Origin: a virus
Lineage: Duplodnaviria; Caudoviricetes
Strand: one strand, 5' to 3'
Virus record (IMG/VR): IMGVR_UViG_3300037423_000214
Coordinates: 1-31,056 of that record
DNA length: 31,056 nt
Positions 8,105-16,089 of the stretch are shown here, piece by piece (position 1 is the first letter of the stretch; every line of letters begins with the position of its first letter). The notes beneath the pieces were generated by a model. It ran no database searches and was not told the DNA's origin. It was given only the letters and a program-made list of their open reading frames with translations. Both the position numbers and the translations under genes were made by a program.

Positions 8105-10149
8105 TGAGAATGCCGGAGAACGAGACCGAATATTTCCCGCTGCAGGGTGGTCTTGATCTTCTAACGCCGTCGATTCGCATTGCTCCTGGCAAGTGTGTCG
8201 ATGCGATGAATTACGAGCCAGAGATCAGTGGTGGGTATCGCCGCATTGATGGCTATGAGCGTTTCGACGGCCGCACGTCACCGACTTCCGCGCAGTACTG
8301 GGTTTTGCCGATGAATATCACCGGCACGATCGCAGTGAACAATACGCTGACTGGTGCAACCAGTGGCGCGACATTGAAAGTGTTGTCGATTGTCGGGTCG
8401 AACATCATTGGCGGCCGGCTATCCGGCACGTTCGTATCAGGCGAAAACATCACGATCAGTGCGGTCGTGGTTGGATCGACGACCGGCGCAGCCGTACTGG
8501 GTGGCGCGGCGACTGCCGATTTGGATGCCGATTACACCTTGCTTGCAGCGAATGATCGCCGCAATGACATCGGCAAGGTGCCAGGAAGCGGCCAGATCCG
8601 CGGCGTATGGGTGTACAAGGATGTCGTCTATGCCTTCCGCGATAACGCGCTCGGCACGGGCGGCGACATGTACAAGTCGACGACTTCCGGCTGGGTGCAG
8701 ATTTCGTTTGGCAAAGAAATCCAGTTTTCTGGCGCGACCGGACAGATTTCAGATGGCGCATCGATTACTGGCGCATCTTCGGGTGCGACAGCAACTGTCG
8801 TGCGCGCGATGCTGCGCAGTGGTACGTGGACTGCATCGGGTACCGGGACACTGATTCTTTCTGGTGTAACCGGCACTTTCACCAATGGTGAAAACATTCA
8901 AGTCGGTGGCGTGACGAAAGTCGTTGCGGCTTCGGGCTCAACCAGTATCACGCGCGCCGCCGGCGGCCGTGTCGAATGCTGCAACTTTAACTTCACCGGA
9001 TCCACGGCGACCGAGAAGATGTATGGCGCCGATGGCGTGAATCTGGCGTTTGAATTCGATGGCACGAATTACATCCCGATTAGAACGGGAATGGCGGCCG
9101 ACACGCCGACTCATGTCATTGGGTACAAGAACTATCTTTTTCTATCGTTTCTCGGAAGCGTCCAGTTCAGTGGTCTTGGCGCACCGTATTCATGGACAGC
9201 GGTATTAGGTGCAGGCGAGATCGCAACGGGCGATACGGTAACAGGATTCTTGCCGCAGGGTGGTGATAGCTCTGGATCGTCCATGGCGATCTACACCAAG
9301 AGTAAGACTTACATCCTTTACGGAACGTCGGCATCCGACTTCAAGCTTGTTTCATCGAATTGGGACATTGGATTTTCTGCATACACGATGCAGATGATCG
9401 GCAATGGCGCGTTCGGCGTAACGGCGCGCGGCGTGCAGCAAATGATCACGACGCTGCAGTACGGCGATTTTGACTATTCCAGCGTTTCGCATTTGCTCCA
9501 GCCGTTCATGGCAAATCGCCTTGGTTTGGAATGTGCATCGACGACATTGCGCACAAAGAACCAGTACCGCATGTTTTTTACTGACGGCACCGGCTTGGCT
9601 GTTGGGTTAACTGGCGACAAGGTAAGCGGCATTCTGCCTTTGAACCTTCCGGCAGTCGTGCGCTGCATTGTGACGACCACGCTTTCCACTGGAGCGGAGG
9701 TGACTTATTTCGGCTCGGACGACGGCTATATCTATCAAGCCGATACCGGCACAAGTTTTGACGGTAGCTCGATAGAAGCGTGGTTGCGTCTGGCATTCAA
9801 CCACACGAAGTCGCCGCGTTTGAGAAAGCGCTATCGCCGCGCAGTGCTGGAGTTGACCGTTGCGAATTATTCGCAGGTCAATGTCAGTTACGACCTTGGA
9901 TATGGATCGTCTCAAGTCCAGCCATCCGTAGCTGTTTTGAGCTACTTGACTGGCGGCGGCGGTTATTGGGACCAGTTCACTTGGGATCAATTCAACTGGG
10001 ATGCGCAGTTCATTCTTGACCCAACCATTCCCCTGGATGGAACCGAGAAAAACATCTCCCTTCTTTTTTACAGCAATCGGGCACAAGACAAGTCGCACAC
10101 GCTGCAGGGCGTGACGCTGGTCTATACCCCAAGACGATTGGAGCGCTAA
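8101..10149 (+). CDS. Tail nozzle / DNA-stabilization protein (P22 gp10 / tail tubular protein B-like)
   Basis: 682 aa. N-terminal PLQGGLDL..P and GYRRIDGYERFDG, beta-propeller-like middle, C-terminal P...KRYRR..LE and WDQFTWDQFNWD. Follows the adaptor with an ATGA overlap. Confidence 0.75.
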   Translation: MMRMPENETEYFPLQGGLDLLTPSIRIAPGKCVDAMNYEPEISGGYRRIDGYERFDGRTSPTSAQYWVLPMNITGTIAVNNTLTGATSGATLKVLSIVGSNIIGGRLSGTFVSGENITISAVVVGSTTGAAVLGGAATADLDADYTLLAANDRRNDIGKVPGSGQIRGVWVYKDVVYAFRDNALGTGGDMYKSTTSGWVQISFGKEIQFSGATGQISDGASITGASSGATATVVRAMLRSGTWTASGTGTLILSGVTGTFTNGENIQVGGVTKVVAASGSTSITRAAGGRVECCNFNFTGSTATEKMYGADGVNLAFEFDGTNYIPIRTGMAADTPTHVIGYKNYLFLSFLGSVQFSGLGAPYSWTAVLGAGEIATGDTVTGFLPQGGDSSGSSMAIYTKSKTYILYGTSASDFKLVSSNWDIGFSAYTMQMIGNGAFGVTARGVQQMITTLQYGDFDYSSVSHLLQPFMANRLGLECASTTLRTKNQYRMFFTDGTGLAVGLTGDKVSGILPLNLPAVVRCIVTTTLSTGAEVTYFGSDDGYIYQADTGTSFDGSSIEAWLRLAFNHTKSPRLRKRYRRAVLELTVANYSQVNVSYDLGYGSSQVQPSVAVLSYLTGGGGYWDQFTWDQFNWDAQFILDPTIPLDGTEKNISLLFYSNRAQDKSHTLQGVTLVYTPRRLER

Positions 10150-10749
10150 GTGTCAAACGACTATTTCAATCATTCAGATGGTCAACCGATCACAGGTTCG
10201 CGCGGATTGTCAGCGAACATGCGTTCTGTGTTCGATCAAATCGTCACTGGATTTGGATTATTGCCAAGTCTTTCTACGCTCTTCACCAGTAAGCAAAACT
10301 TCCTGGTCGATTCCGGCACGGCGAACGCCATTGTCATCTCTTCCCCAAGTTCGTCAATTTCAGCGATCGCCGATGGCATGGAGTTTCGTGTGCGTGTGGC
10401 GTACGCCTGCACAGGCGGTACGCCGACGGTAACGATCGGCTCTCTTGGCACATTCAATGTGACGCACGGCGATGGCACACAACTTGTCGCCAACGATTGG
10501 ACCGCGAACCAGATCGTCACGTTTACCTACTGCTCTGCAACCGCAACCTTGCAATACACAGAATGTTCGACTTCGGCGCTTGCCTTGAGCGTCGCAGCCG
10601 GCACTCCTTACGCATCAACACCTAGCAAGGTCGCTCGCGGCGGTAGCGCTGGCACGCAAGCCAACTACGCCAGAGGCGACCACACCCACGCAAGTTCATT
10701 CGAAACAGAGCGCGCTATTCGCCGGGCTCGCCTTTACCAATTCTCATAG
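10150..10749 (+). CDS. Tail fibre/spike attachment protein
   Basis: 199 aa, GTG start. DSGTANAI...GMEFRV...TGG.PTV is a tail-fibre N-terminal-like pattern, and the C-terminus has YARGDHTH. Confidence 0.55.
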   Translation: MSNDYFNHSDGQPITGSRGLSANMRSVFDQIVTGFGLLPSLSTLFTSKQNFLVDSGTANAIVISSPSSSISAIADGMEFRVRVAYACTGGTPTVTIGSLGTFNVTHGDGTQLVANDWTANQIVTFTYCSATATLQYTECSTSALALSVAAGTPYASTPSKVARGGSAGTQANYARGDHTHASSFETERAIRRARLYQFS

Positions 10750-10757
10750 GAGAAAAC

Positions 10758-11519
10758 ATGATTGACGTCACATTGCCCGGCTACTACGACGTAGCCGCGG
10801 TTTCCTTTTCCAATGCCTGGGGCACCAATGCAAAAGTCCTGGTCGATGTCTCTCCGTCGCAGATCGTTACGCTGTTATCCAGCGAAACAGCTTTCCCTGG
10901 CGAGACTACTGTGCGTCAACAGATTCTGCGCGGCGGTTCGCGTGTGATCGACGGGCTGATTTCAAGTACCGACACTGCTTCCAAGGTATTGGCGATTTAT
11001 ATCGGACAGCAATTATCTGTTTATAGTGGATCGACTGCCGGCCAGTATCTGACCGCTTACACGGCAATGGGTACGGTGACTACGACCGCAACGACTAATT
11101 CCACGATCACACGCACAACCGGCTCATTTATCACAGAAGGCTGGCAGATCGGCGACTTGGCGATGTGCTTTGGCGCCGTATCGGCCGCCAATAACGGAAC
11201 GGTCAACGTGGTGACTGCGGTCACCGGCACGACTCTCACCGTATCCGGCACGACCGGCATCTCGGTAGCTGAGACGCAGGGCGCTGGTTTCCGTGTGATT
11301 CGCGTATCTAACAGTACAGCTCGCTCTGTTGCGACGCTATCTGGCACTGATGGCTCGACGGCTGCTGTTCCCCTGATTGGCGGAACGCTGGATCCGCGCG
11401 TCGACAACAACCCTTACGGAATCATGCTTGGCCAGCGCGGCATGCTGATTGTGGCGCCCACGACCGCTGTCACCGCCACCAAGAAGATCGACGTTTCCGC
11501 TCACTTCGCACTGTACTAA
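10758..11519 (+). CDS. Virion structural protein of the tail appendage module
   Basis: 253 aa, T/G/A/V-rich, AGGAG RBS. Contains TITRTTGSFITEGW..GD.....GA..AANNG...VTAVT.TTLTV, a beta domain common in tail proteins. Confidence 0.6.
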   Translation: MIDVTLPGYYDVAAVSFSNAWGTNAKVLVDVSPSQIVTLLSSETAFPGETTVRQQILRGGSRVIDGLISSTDTASKVLAIYIGQQLSVYSGSTAGQYLTAYTAMGTVTTTATTNSTITRTTGSFITEGWQIGDLAMCFGAVSAANNGTVNVVTAVTGTTLTVSGTTGISVAETQGAGFRVIRVSNSTARSVATLSGTDGSTAAVPLIGGTLDPRVDNNPYGIMLGQRGMLIVAPTTAVTATKKIDVSAHFALY

Positions 11520-11521
11520 TC

Positions 11522-12823
11522 ATGGGAAATCCAATCACAGCAGGCTTGCCTGGTGCTGGCAATTCGACCGTCATTGACCCAAATAGCTACTATCCGATTG
11601 GCTTTGTTTTGCAAAGCCCTATCAACTTGGAGACTTTGTATCCTGGCAAATGGCTGGCGCTTGACGGGCGAGACGTAACCCGCACGCAATACGCATCTAT
11701 TTCAACGTATTATCCGATTAACGTCACCACTCCCACAGCTCGCACGCTTAACGCAACCCCTGGTCAGGTCGCGCTTGCGGCAGACACTTCTGTTTTTGTA
11801 ATGGCAGGGGCAGCAGGAACTTCTCCGCTTCAAGCAACTGGAGATAGTGGCGCTTCGTTCAGCACGTCGGCAACTTGGGGGGCTTCTACTGACCCGCAGT
11901 GCATTATCACTGCTGGCACACGTTTTGTGATGTGCGGTACTGCGGGTGACTTGACAGCGCCATACGTTGCTAATACAGGTCAGACCGCTGCAAACATCGT
12001 AGCAAAATCCAACTGGACTGTTACCACTGGCGGCTTCGTTAACAGCATCCGTCACGCGATGATCGATTGCCGCTCTCTTGGTTTGGTCGTTGGTATTCCA
12101 AGTGGCGCAACCACTTCTGTTTATACCCTAGCTGATGGTGCAACCGCCTGGACAGCAAGAACTGTTACTAGTGCTACCTATACGGATGCTGTTTGGACTG
12201 GTACTAAAGTCATCCTCTTTGGCGGTACTAACTTTATACAAACCTCCACGAATGCTACGGCATACACAGATGGATACCTACCCTTCGCGCCGAGTTCTTC
12301 TGGTTTTTCCGCGGCGTCGGATGGTAGCGGAACAGTGGTCGTTGTGGAAGGCCCGGCTTCGAGTGGCGCGTTCAACATTTGGACATCTACGGATCATGGC
12401 TCCACTTGGGGTCGTTACACCTTACCGTTAGATAGCTACACAGAAAACAACAGTGCCTCAACTATCGGCAACCATTCGCTCCAGCAAGTGCAGTATGTGA
12501 ATGACAGATTCATCATCACCACTACTTCCACAAAACTTACGCTGATGTCGAAGAACGGAAAGCAATGGTTTAACGAAAACCCTGGTGTAAGGGCCGCTGG
12601 CAATCTAGGTTCCTCTTCCGCTCCTGGTCGCATCAACGCTTACGCCTATAACGGAACAGTTTATTTCGGCATGGGTACTGGTGGTACTGGTGCCGCTCTG
12701 AGCTTTGTAGACGACACCACAAAATTCAGGTTGACGTGCACGGCTCCCCGTGTTGGCGGCTCAACCGGCGCAAACCAACCGACGAACGGCGTATCGTTCC
12801 AAGAATATATAAAGGTGGCTTAA
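11522..12823 (+). CDS. Receptor-binding/tail fibre protein: tail-collar domain plus Asp-box beta-propeller
   Basis: Collar motif PIG...WLALDG..V.R.QY at the N-terminus and TTKFRL...YIK at the C-terminus. Asp-box-like repeats (WTSTDHGSTWG, MSKNGKQW, LADGATAWT, TGDSGASF) lie between them. Confidence 0.7.
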   Translation: MGNPITAGLPGAGNSTVIDPNSYYPIGFVLQSPINLETLYPGKWLALDGRDVTRTQYASISTYYPINVTTPTARTLNATPGQVALAADTSVFVMAGAAGTSPLQATGDSGASFSTSATWGASTDPQCIITAGTRFVMCGTAGDLTAPYVANTGQTAANIVAKSNWTVTTGGFVNSIRHAMIDCRSLGLVVGIPSGATTSVYTLADGATAWTARTVTSATYTDAVWTGTKVILFGGTNFIQTSTNATAYTDGYLPFAPSSSGFSAASDGSGTVVVVEGPASSGAFNIWTSTDHGSTWGRYTLPLDSYTENNSASTIGNHSLQQVQYVNDRFIITTTSTKLTLMSKNGKQWFNENPGVRAAGNLGSSSAPGRINAYAYNGTVYFGMGTGGTGAALSFVDDTTKFRLTCTAPRVGGSTGANQPTNGVSFQEYIKVA

Positions 12824-13327
12824 ATGATTAGCTATCACAATCACCATGGATGGCTATCTAATGAGCCAATTGAAGGGCGTGAAGCGTTCATTTTTAATGA
12901 GACTGGAGCGAAGGTATTTGTTTCTGCGCCAGATGGCTATTGCGGCTCTCCAATGGTCGGCCAGCCTTGGCCGAATTGGACAGGAGATCGTTGGGTAGTT
13001 ATTGACTATTATCTGCCACCTGTTCAGCAAGATGATGAGCGAGATACAAAAATGACAGTACTCGCATTCCGCAATCGCTTTACGGCGATGGAAAAACGGA
13101 TCATCAATATTGCGTCTGTTATTGACCCCGCCGCTTCCCAAGATCATAAGAACTTTGCCGCAGATGTAAGGGCAATGCTCGATGACATCAATGCCGCGAA
13201 ATATATCGATGTCAGCCGACCAGATACACGCTACGGCGTGCAGATGTTGGAGCAAGCACAGCTAATCGGCGTTGGCCGCGCTGCTGAAATTCTCGACACT
13301 CCTATCGCAGACCACGAAAGGGCTTAA
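12824..13327 (+). CDS. Putative tail fibre assembly chaperone
   Basis: Directly follows the fibre gene. The C-terminal T.LAFRNRFT..E...A.YID....T..GV..LE...LI..GRA.EIL..P is a pattern seen in genes next to phage/pyocin tail fibres. Confidence 0.6.
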   Translation: MISYHNHHGWLSNEPIEGREAFIFNETGAKVFVSAPDGYCGSPMVGQPWPNWTGDRWVVIDYYLPPVQQDDERDTKMTVLAFRNRFTAMEKRIINIASVIDPAASQDHKNFAADVRAMLDDINAAKYIDVSRPDTRYGVQMLEQAQLIGVGRAAEILDTPIADHERA

Positions 13328-13329
13328 TC

Positions 13330-13764
13330 ATGAAAAAGCTATTGTTAGCGCTGATCATCGCGATCAGTGCGGGGACTTCTTTTGCCTGGGATTGCCCGCC
13401 TTCTGCTAGTTATCGCTGGGAGATTAACGGCGACCGCTATGCCTTGTGCATGTCAACTGACGGCGCGGACATGATGAACCTTATCATCGCCACGAACAGT
13501 GGCGGAGGATGGTCTGGAATTGGCATTGTCGACGATGACGTGACTAACGAAAAGATCATGTCATATGGGTCCATCTATAACTATTTTGCATCCAAACTTC
13601 CGAAAGCAAACGCCATTATCCAAAGTCGAATTTATGGCCAGAAGCCTTCGTTAAGCGACAAGGTAGGCGGGGTTATTTATGACCTGCCGAAGGATTTTGT
13701 GTTTGACCCGGCAGCCGGGGTATTGCGCTTCAACAAGCAGCCGCCGCTTTCCCACGCAAGATAA
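13330..13764 (+). CDS. Hypothetical exported protein (Sec signal peptide)
   Basis: MKKLLLALIIAISAGTSFA|W is a classic signal peptide. The mature part has two Cys; function unknown. Confidence 0.65.
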   Translation: MKKLLLALIIAISAGTSFAWDCPPSASYRWEINGDRYALCMSTDGADMMNLIIATNSGGGWSGIGIVDDDVTNEKIMSYGSIYNYFASKLPKANAIIQSRIYGQKPSLSDKVGGVIYDLPKDFVFDPAAGVLRFNKQPPLSHAR

Positions 13765-13766
13765 CA

Positions 13767-14219
13767 ATGGACACGCTGACCGTCGTATTCACCAAGAGAA
13801 AATGGAATCTAATCTCTTGGCTGATCCGCTGGATGCTGCCGCGCAGCCAGTTCTATCTTGCCTTGTCTTCGCATTGTCAAATTGTCGATGGCGATCACCG
13901 CATTGAAGCGCACATGCTCTACGGCGTGCGGCGTGTGCCGGCAGATGTGGCGATGGAAGGGGTTGAGCCAGTTCGCACAGTGCATTACACCGTGCCGAGC
14001 GAAGAAGATGGTCTTGCTTGGGCGCGTGATCAAGTTAAAAAGAAATATGACTGGCTGGGTGCCTTCGGCCTTGGCCTTGCGGTTGACCGCGACTGGCAGA
14101 AACCGGATGCCTGGTTTTGCTACGAATTGGCGGCTTCGGCAATTGTACATGCCGGACGCGACTGCTTCGCGGACACTGGCCACATCACAGAATCGGCGCT
14201 TTTGTCGATGAAACCATAA
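13767..14219 (+). CDS. Permuted papain-like amidase (YaeF/YiiX, C92 family)
   Basis: His motif SSHC..., IEA...GV, A..QV.K.YDW.G and Cys motif WFCYEL occur in the permuted His-before-Cys order. Confidence 0.8.
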   Translation: MDTLTVVFTKRKWNLISWLIRWMLPRSQFYLALSSHCQIVDGDHRIEAHMLYGVRRVPADVAMEGVEPVRTVHYTVPSEEDGLAWARDQVKKKYDWLGAFGLGLAVDRDWQKPDAWFCYELAASAIVHAGRDCFADTGHITESALLSMKP

Positions 14220-14248
14220 AAAACAACCAACAAAACGAAAGGGAAAAC

Positions 14249-14614
14249 ATGGCAGAACCAACTAGCACAACCGCAGCAGGCGTCGCAATTGCTGCGGGGA
14301 CGATTACTCTGACGGGCACGATTTTTGGCGTGCACTACGACGCTTTGCTCGGCGGATTTTTCGGCGGGTTGGTGTCGCTTTCCTACCTGCCGGCGGCAAC
14401 GATCTGGCGCATCGCCGGATCTGTCGGCACTTCTTCAATACTTGCTGGCTTCTTTGCGCCGATTGCCGCGGCAGCCGGTTCGAATTACTTTCCGTGGGTT
14501 GCCGGCCTCGGCGACTTCACTCGCATAGCCGCAGCCGTTGTCATCGGTCTTGTCGCACATGCCGCAATTCCGGCTGCCCTGAAGAAAATCCAGTCGTTCG
14601 GAGGAGCGCAATGA
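14249..14614 (+). CDS. Putative holin
   Basis: Start revised to ATG 14249 (MAEPTSTT...) after an A-rich leader with GGGA. Several hydrophobic segments; first gene of the lysis cluster. Confidence 0.7.
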   Translation: MAEPTSTTAAGVAIAAGTITLTGTIFGVHYDALLGGFFGGLVSLSYLPAATIWRIAGSVGTSSILAGFFAPIAAAAGSNYFPWVAGLGDFTRIAAAVVIGLVAHAAIPAALKKIQSFGGAQ

Positions 14615-14880
14615 TTGCAATGGCACTGATGGCGGTCAACTGGGTTGCTGCCCTCGTTATCCTTATTCTCGGCTTGTTCTATGCCATCAATAGGATGAGC
14701 GGCGAAACAATTCACTGCATCAGATTTGCATGGATCTGTATGACGACAGGGGCGCTATCCGTACTGATGGCGCCGTTGTTCGGATTCGCCCACCCTAGTT
14801 TTTGGCAGACCCTGATCAATGTCGGCATTGCGGTATTTTTACTCGCTGATCGTCTGCGTGGACGGAGTATTGCATGGTAA
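14611..14880 (+). CDS. Second holin-like membrane protein (about 3 TM)
   Basis: Start revised to ATG 14611 (GGAGGAG RBS, ATGA overlap). MIAMALMAVNW... has three hydrophobic stretches and a basic C-terminus. Confidence 0.65.
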   Translation: MIAMALMAVNWVAALVILILGLFYAINRMSGETIHCIRFAWICMTTGALSVLMAPLFGFAHPSFWQTLINVGIAVFLLADRLRGRSIAW

Positions 14881-15392
14881 CTCTGGAGCAGCTGGTCGCC
14901 ATCATGCCGTACTCCAGGTCGCATGCAGACCAATTCATTGACGCGCTCAACCAGGCAATGGATGAGTTCGAAATCAATACGCCTGACCGCATGGCGTCCT
15001 TTCTTGCTCAGATTGGCCACGAATCGGCCCAGCTCCGGTATGTCAAGGAACTTGCTTCTGGCGCTGCTTACGAGTGGCGCAAGGATCTCGGAAACACCCA
15101 AGAGGGTGATGGAATTCGGTTCAAGGGGCGTGGGCTGATTCAAATTACCGGCCGCACGAACTATGAACAGTGCGGCAAAGCTCTTGGCTTGGATTTGATC
15201 GCGCATCCCGAATTGCTTGAGCAGCCGGTCAACGCTAGCCGATCTGCCGGCTGGTTCTGGAAAACGCATGGCTTGAATGAGCTTGCCGATGCCGGTGATC
15301 AAGCGAAGATCACTCGTCGCATCAATGGCGGCACGAATGGTCTTGCTGATCGCATGGAACTGTTCGAAAAAGCCAAAAAGGTCCTGGCATGA
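14874..15392 (+). CDS. Endolysin, glycoside hydrolase family 19
   Basis: Motifs FLAQIGHES, DLGN...GDG.RFKGRGLIQITGR.NY, SAGWFW and ITRRINGG.NGL.DR. Confidence 0.93.
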   Translation: MVTLEQLVAIMPYSRSHADQFIDALNQAMDEFEINTPDRMASFLAQIGHESAQLRYVKELASGAAYEWRKDLGNTQEGDGIRFKGRGLIQITGRTNYEQCGKALGLDLIAHPELLEQPVNASRSAGWFWKTHGLNELADAGDQAKITRRINGGTNGLADRMELFEKAKKVLA

Positions 15393-15604
15393 AATACATC
15401 CTTTCAGCACTACTGATCGCAGTTGCGCTGTCAGGGTCTGCTGCGGTTAAGCAGCAAGATGGCTCCGTAATGCTTTCCAAGGAGGAGGTTGAAAGCTTGG
15501 CCAAGTCCTACGAGACCATGGTCGAAGAGGGCAAGCGGCAGCAAGAGCTGATCAAGGAATTGGAAAAGAAGATCGAAGCATTCGAGAAAGGTAAATGCAT
15601 ATGA
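15389..15604 (+). CDS. Small exported coiled-coil protein in the lysis cassette
   Basis: ATGA overlaps on both sides. Signal-peptide-like MKYILSALLIAVALSGSA is followed by an E/K-rich helix with a terminal Cys. Confidence 0.6.
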   Translation: MKYILSALLIAVALSGSAAVKQQDGSVMLSKEEVESLAKSYETMVEEGKRQQELIKELEKKIEAFEKGKCI

Positions 15605-16080
15605 ACTTTTCTTTCGAAGTTAAAGCGATCATCGCCGCCATTTTGCTTGCTGCAGCCATCGCATTTCTAGGATGGCTGCACCACAAAATAGACAAGGCCG
15701 GTTACGACCGCGCCATGCGCGAAGTGGCCGCAAAAGTTGAGGCAGACCGCCAGGCTAAGGAGGCCGAGATTGCCGGTGTAGGAGTTGCCTTCGCTGAGAC
15801 AGCGCAGAAAGAGCGTGTTGTAACCAAGACCATTATTCAACAGGTGGACCACTATGTACCGACTACTGATCCTTTGCTCTCTGGCGGTTTCCGGATGCTG
15901 CACGACGCCGCAGCCATCGGCAAGCCAATTGACGATACCAGCCGAATTAATGCTCAAGCCGTTACCTCTCAAGACGTTGCCCGCACCATCGCCGAAAACT
16001 ACGCCGATTGCCGATACGAAAAAGAGCGGGTAGCTGCGCTGCAGGAAATTGTACGCACATTGAATGGTAAATCGAAATAA
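15601..16080 (+). CDS. Inner-membrane spanin (Rz-like)
   Basis: N-terminal TM helix, periplasmic coiled coil, and GF.MLHDAAA and NY..C...LQ motifs. Downstream of the endolysin and hosts an embedded lipoprotein ORF. Confidence 0.75.
   Translation: MNFSFEVKAIIAAILLAAAIAFLGWLHHKIDKAGYDRAMREVAAKVEADRQAKEAEIAGVGVAFAETAQKERVVTKTIIQQVDHYVPTTDPLLSGGFRMLHDAAAIGKPIDDTSRINAQAVTSQDVARTIAENYADCRYEKERVAALQEIVRTLNGKSK
15854..16033 (+). CDS. Outer-membrane spanin lipoprotein (Rz1-like), embedded in the +1 frame of the i-spanin
   Basis: Hand translation gives MYRLLILCSLAVSGCCTTPQPSASQLTIPAELMLKPLPLKTLPAPSPKTTPIADTKKSG* (59 aa). Lipobox VSG|C, Pro-rich, with AGGTGGA upstream. Confidence 0.8.
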   Translation: MYRLLILCSLAVSGCCTTPQPSASQLTIPAELMLKPLPLKTLPAPSPKTTPIADTKKSG

Positions 16081-16089
16081 GGAAGTTAC

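Noticed and set aside
9967-10002. WDQFTWDQFNWD tandem pentapeptide
   Set aside because: This is an ordinary Trp-repeat feature near the C-terminus of nozzle-type proteins.
11522-13327. Diversity-generating retroelement or invertible tail-fibre cassette
   Set aside because: No reverse transcriptase, invertase, TR/VR repeat pair or flanking inverted repeats were seen in this window.
14117-14248. Upstream extensions of the holin-like ORFs (track starts 14117 and 14494)
   Set aside because: They overlap neighbouring genes. Better starts with RBS exist at 14249 and 14611.
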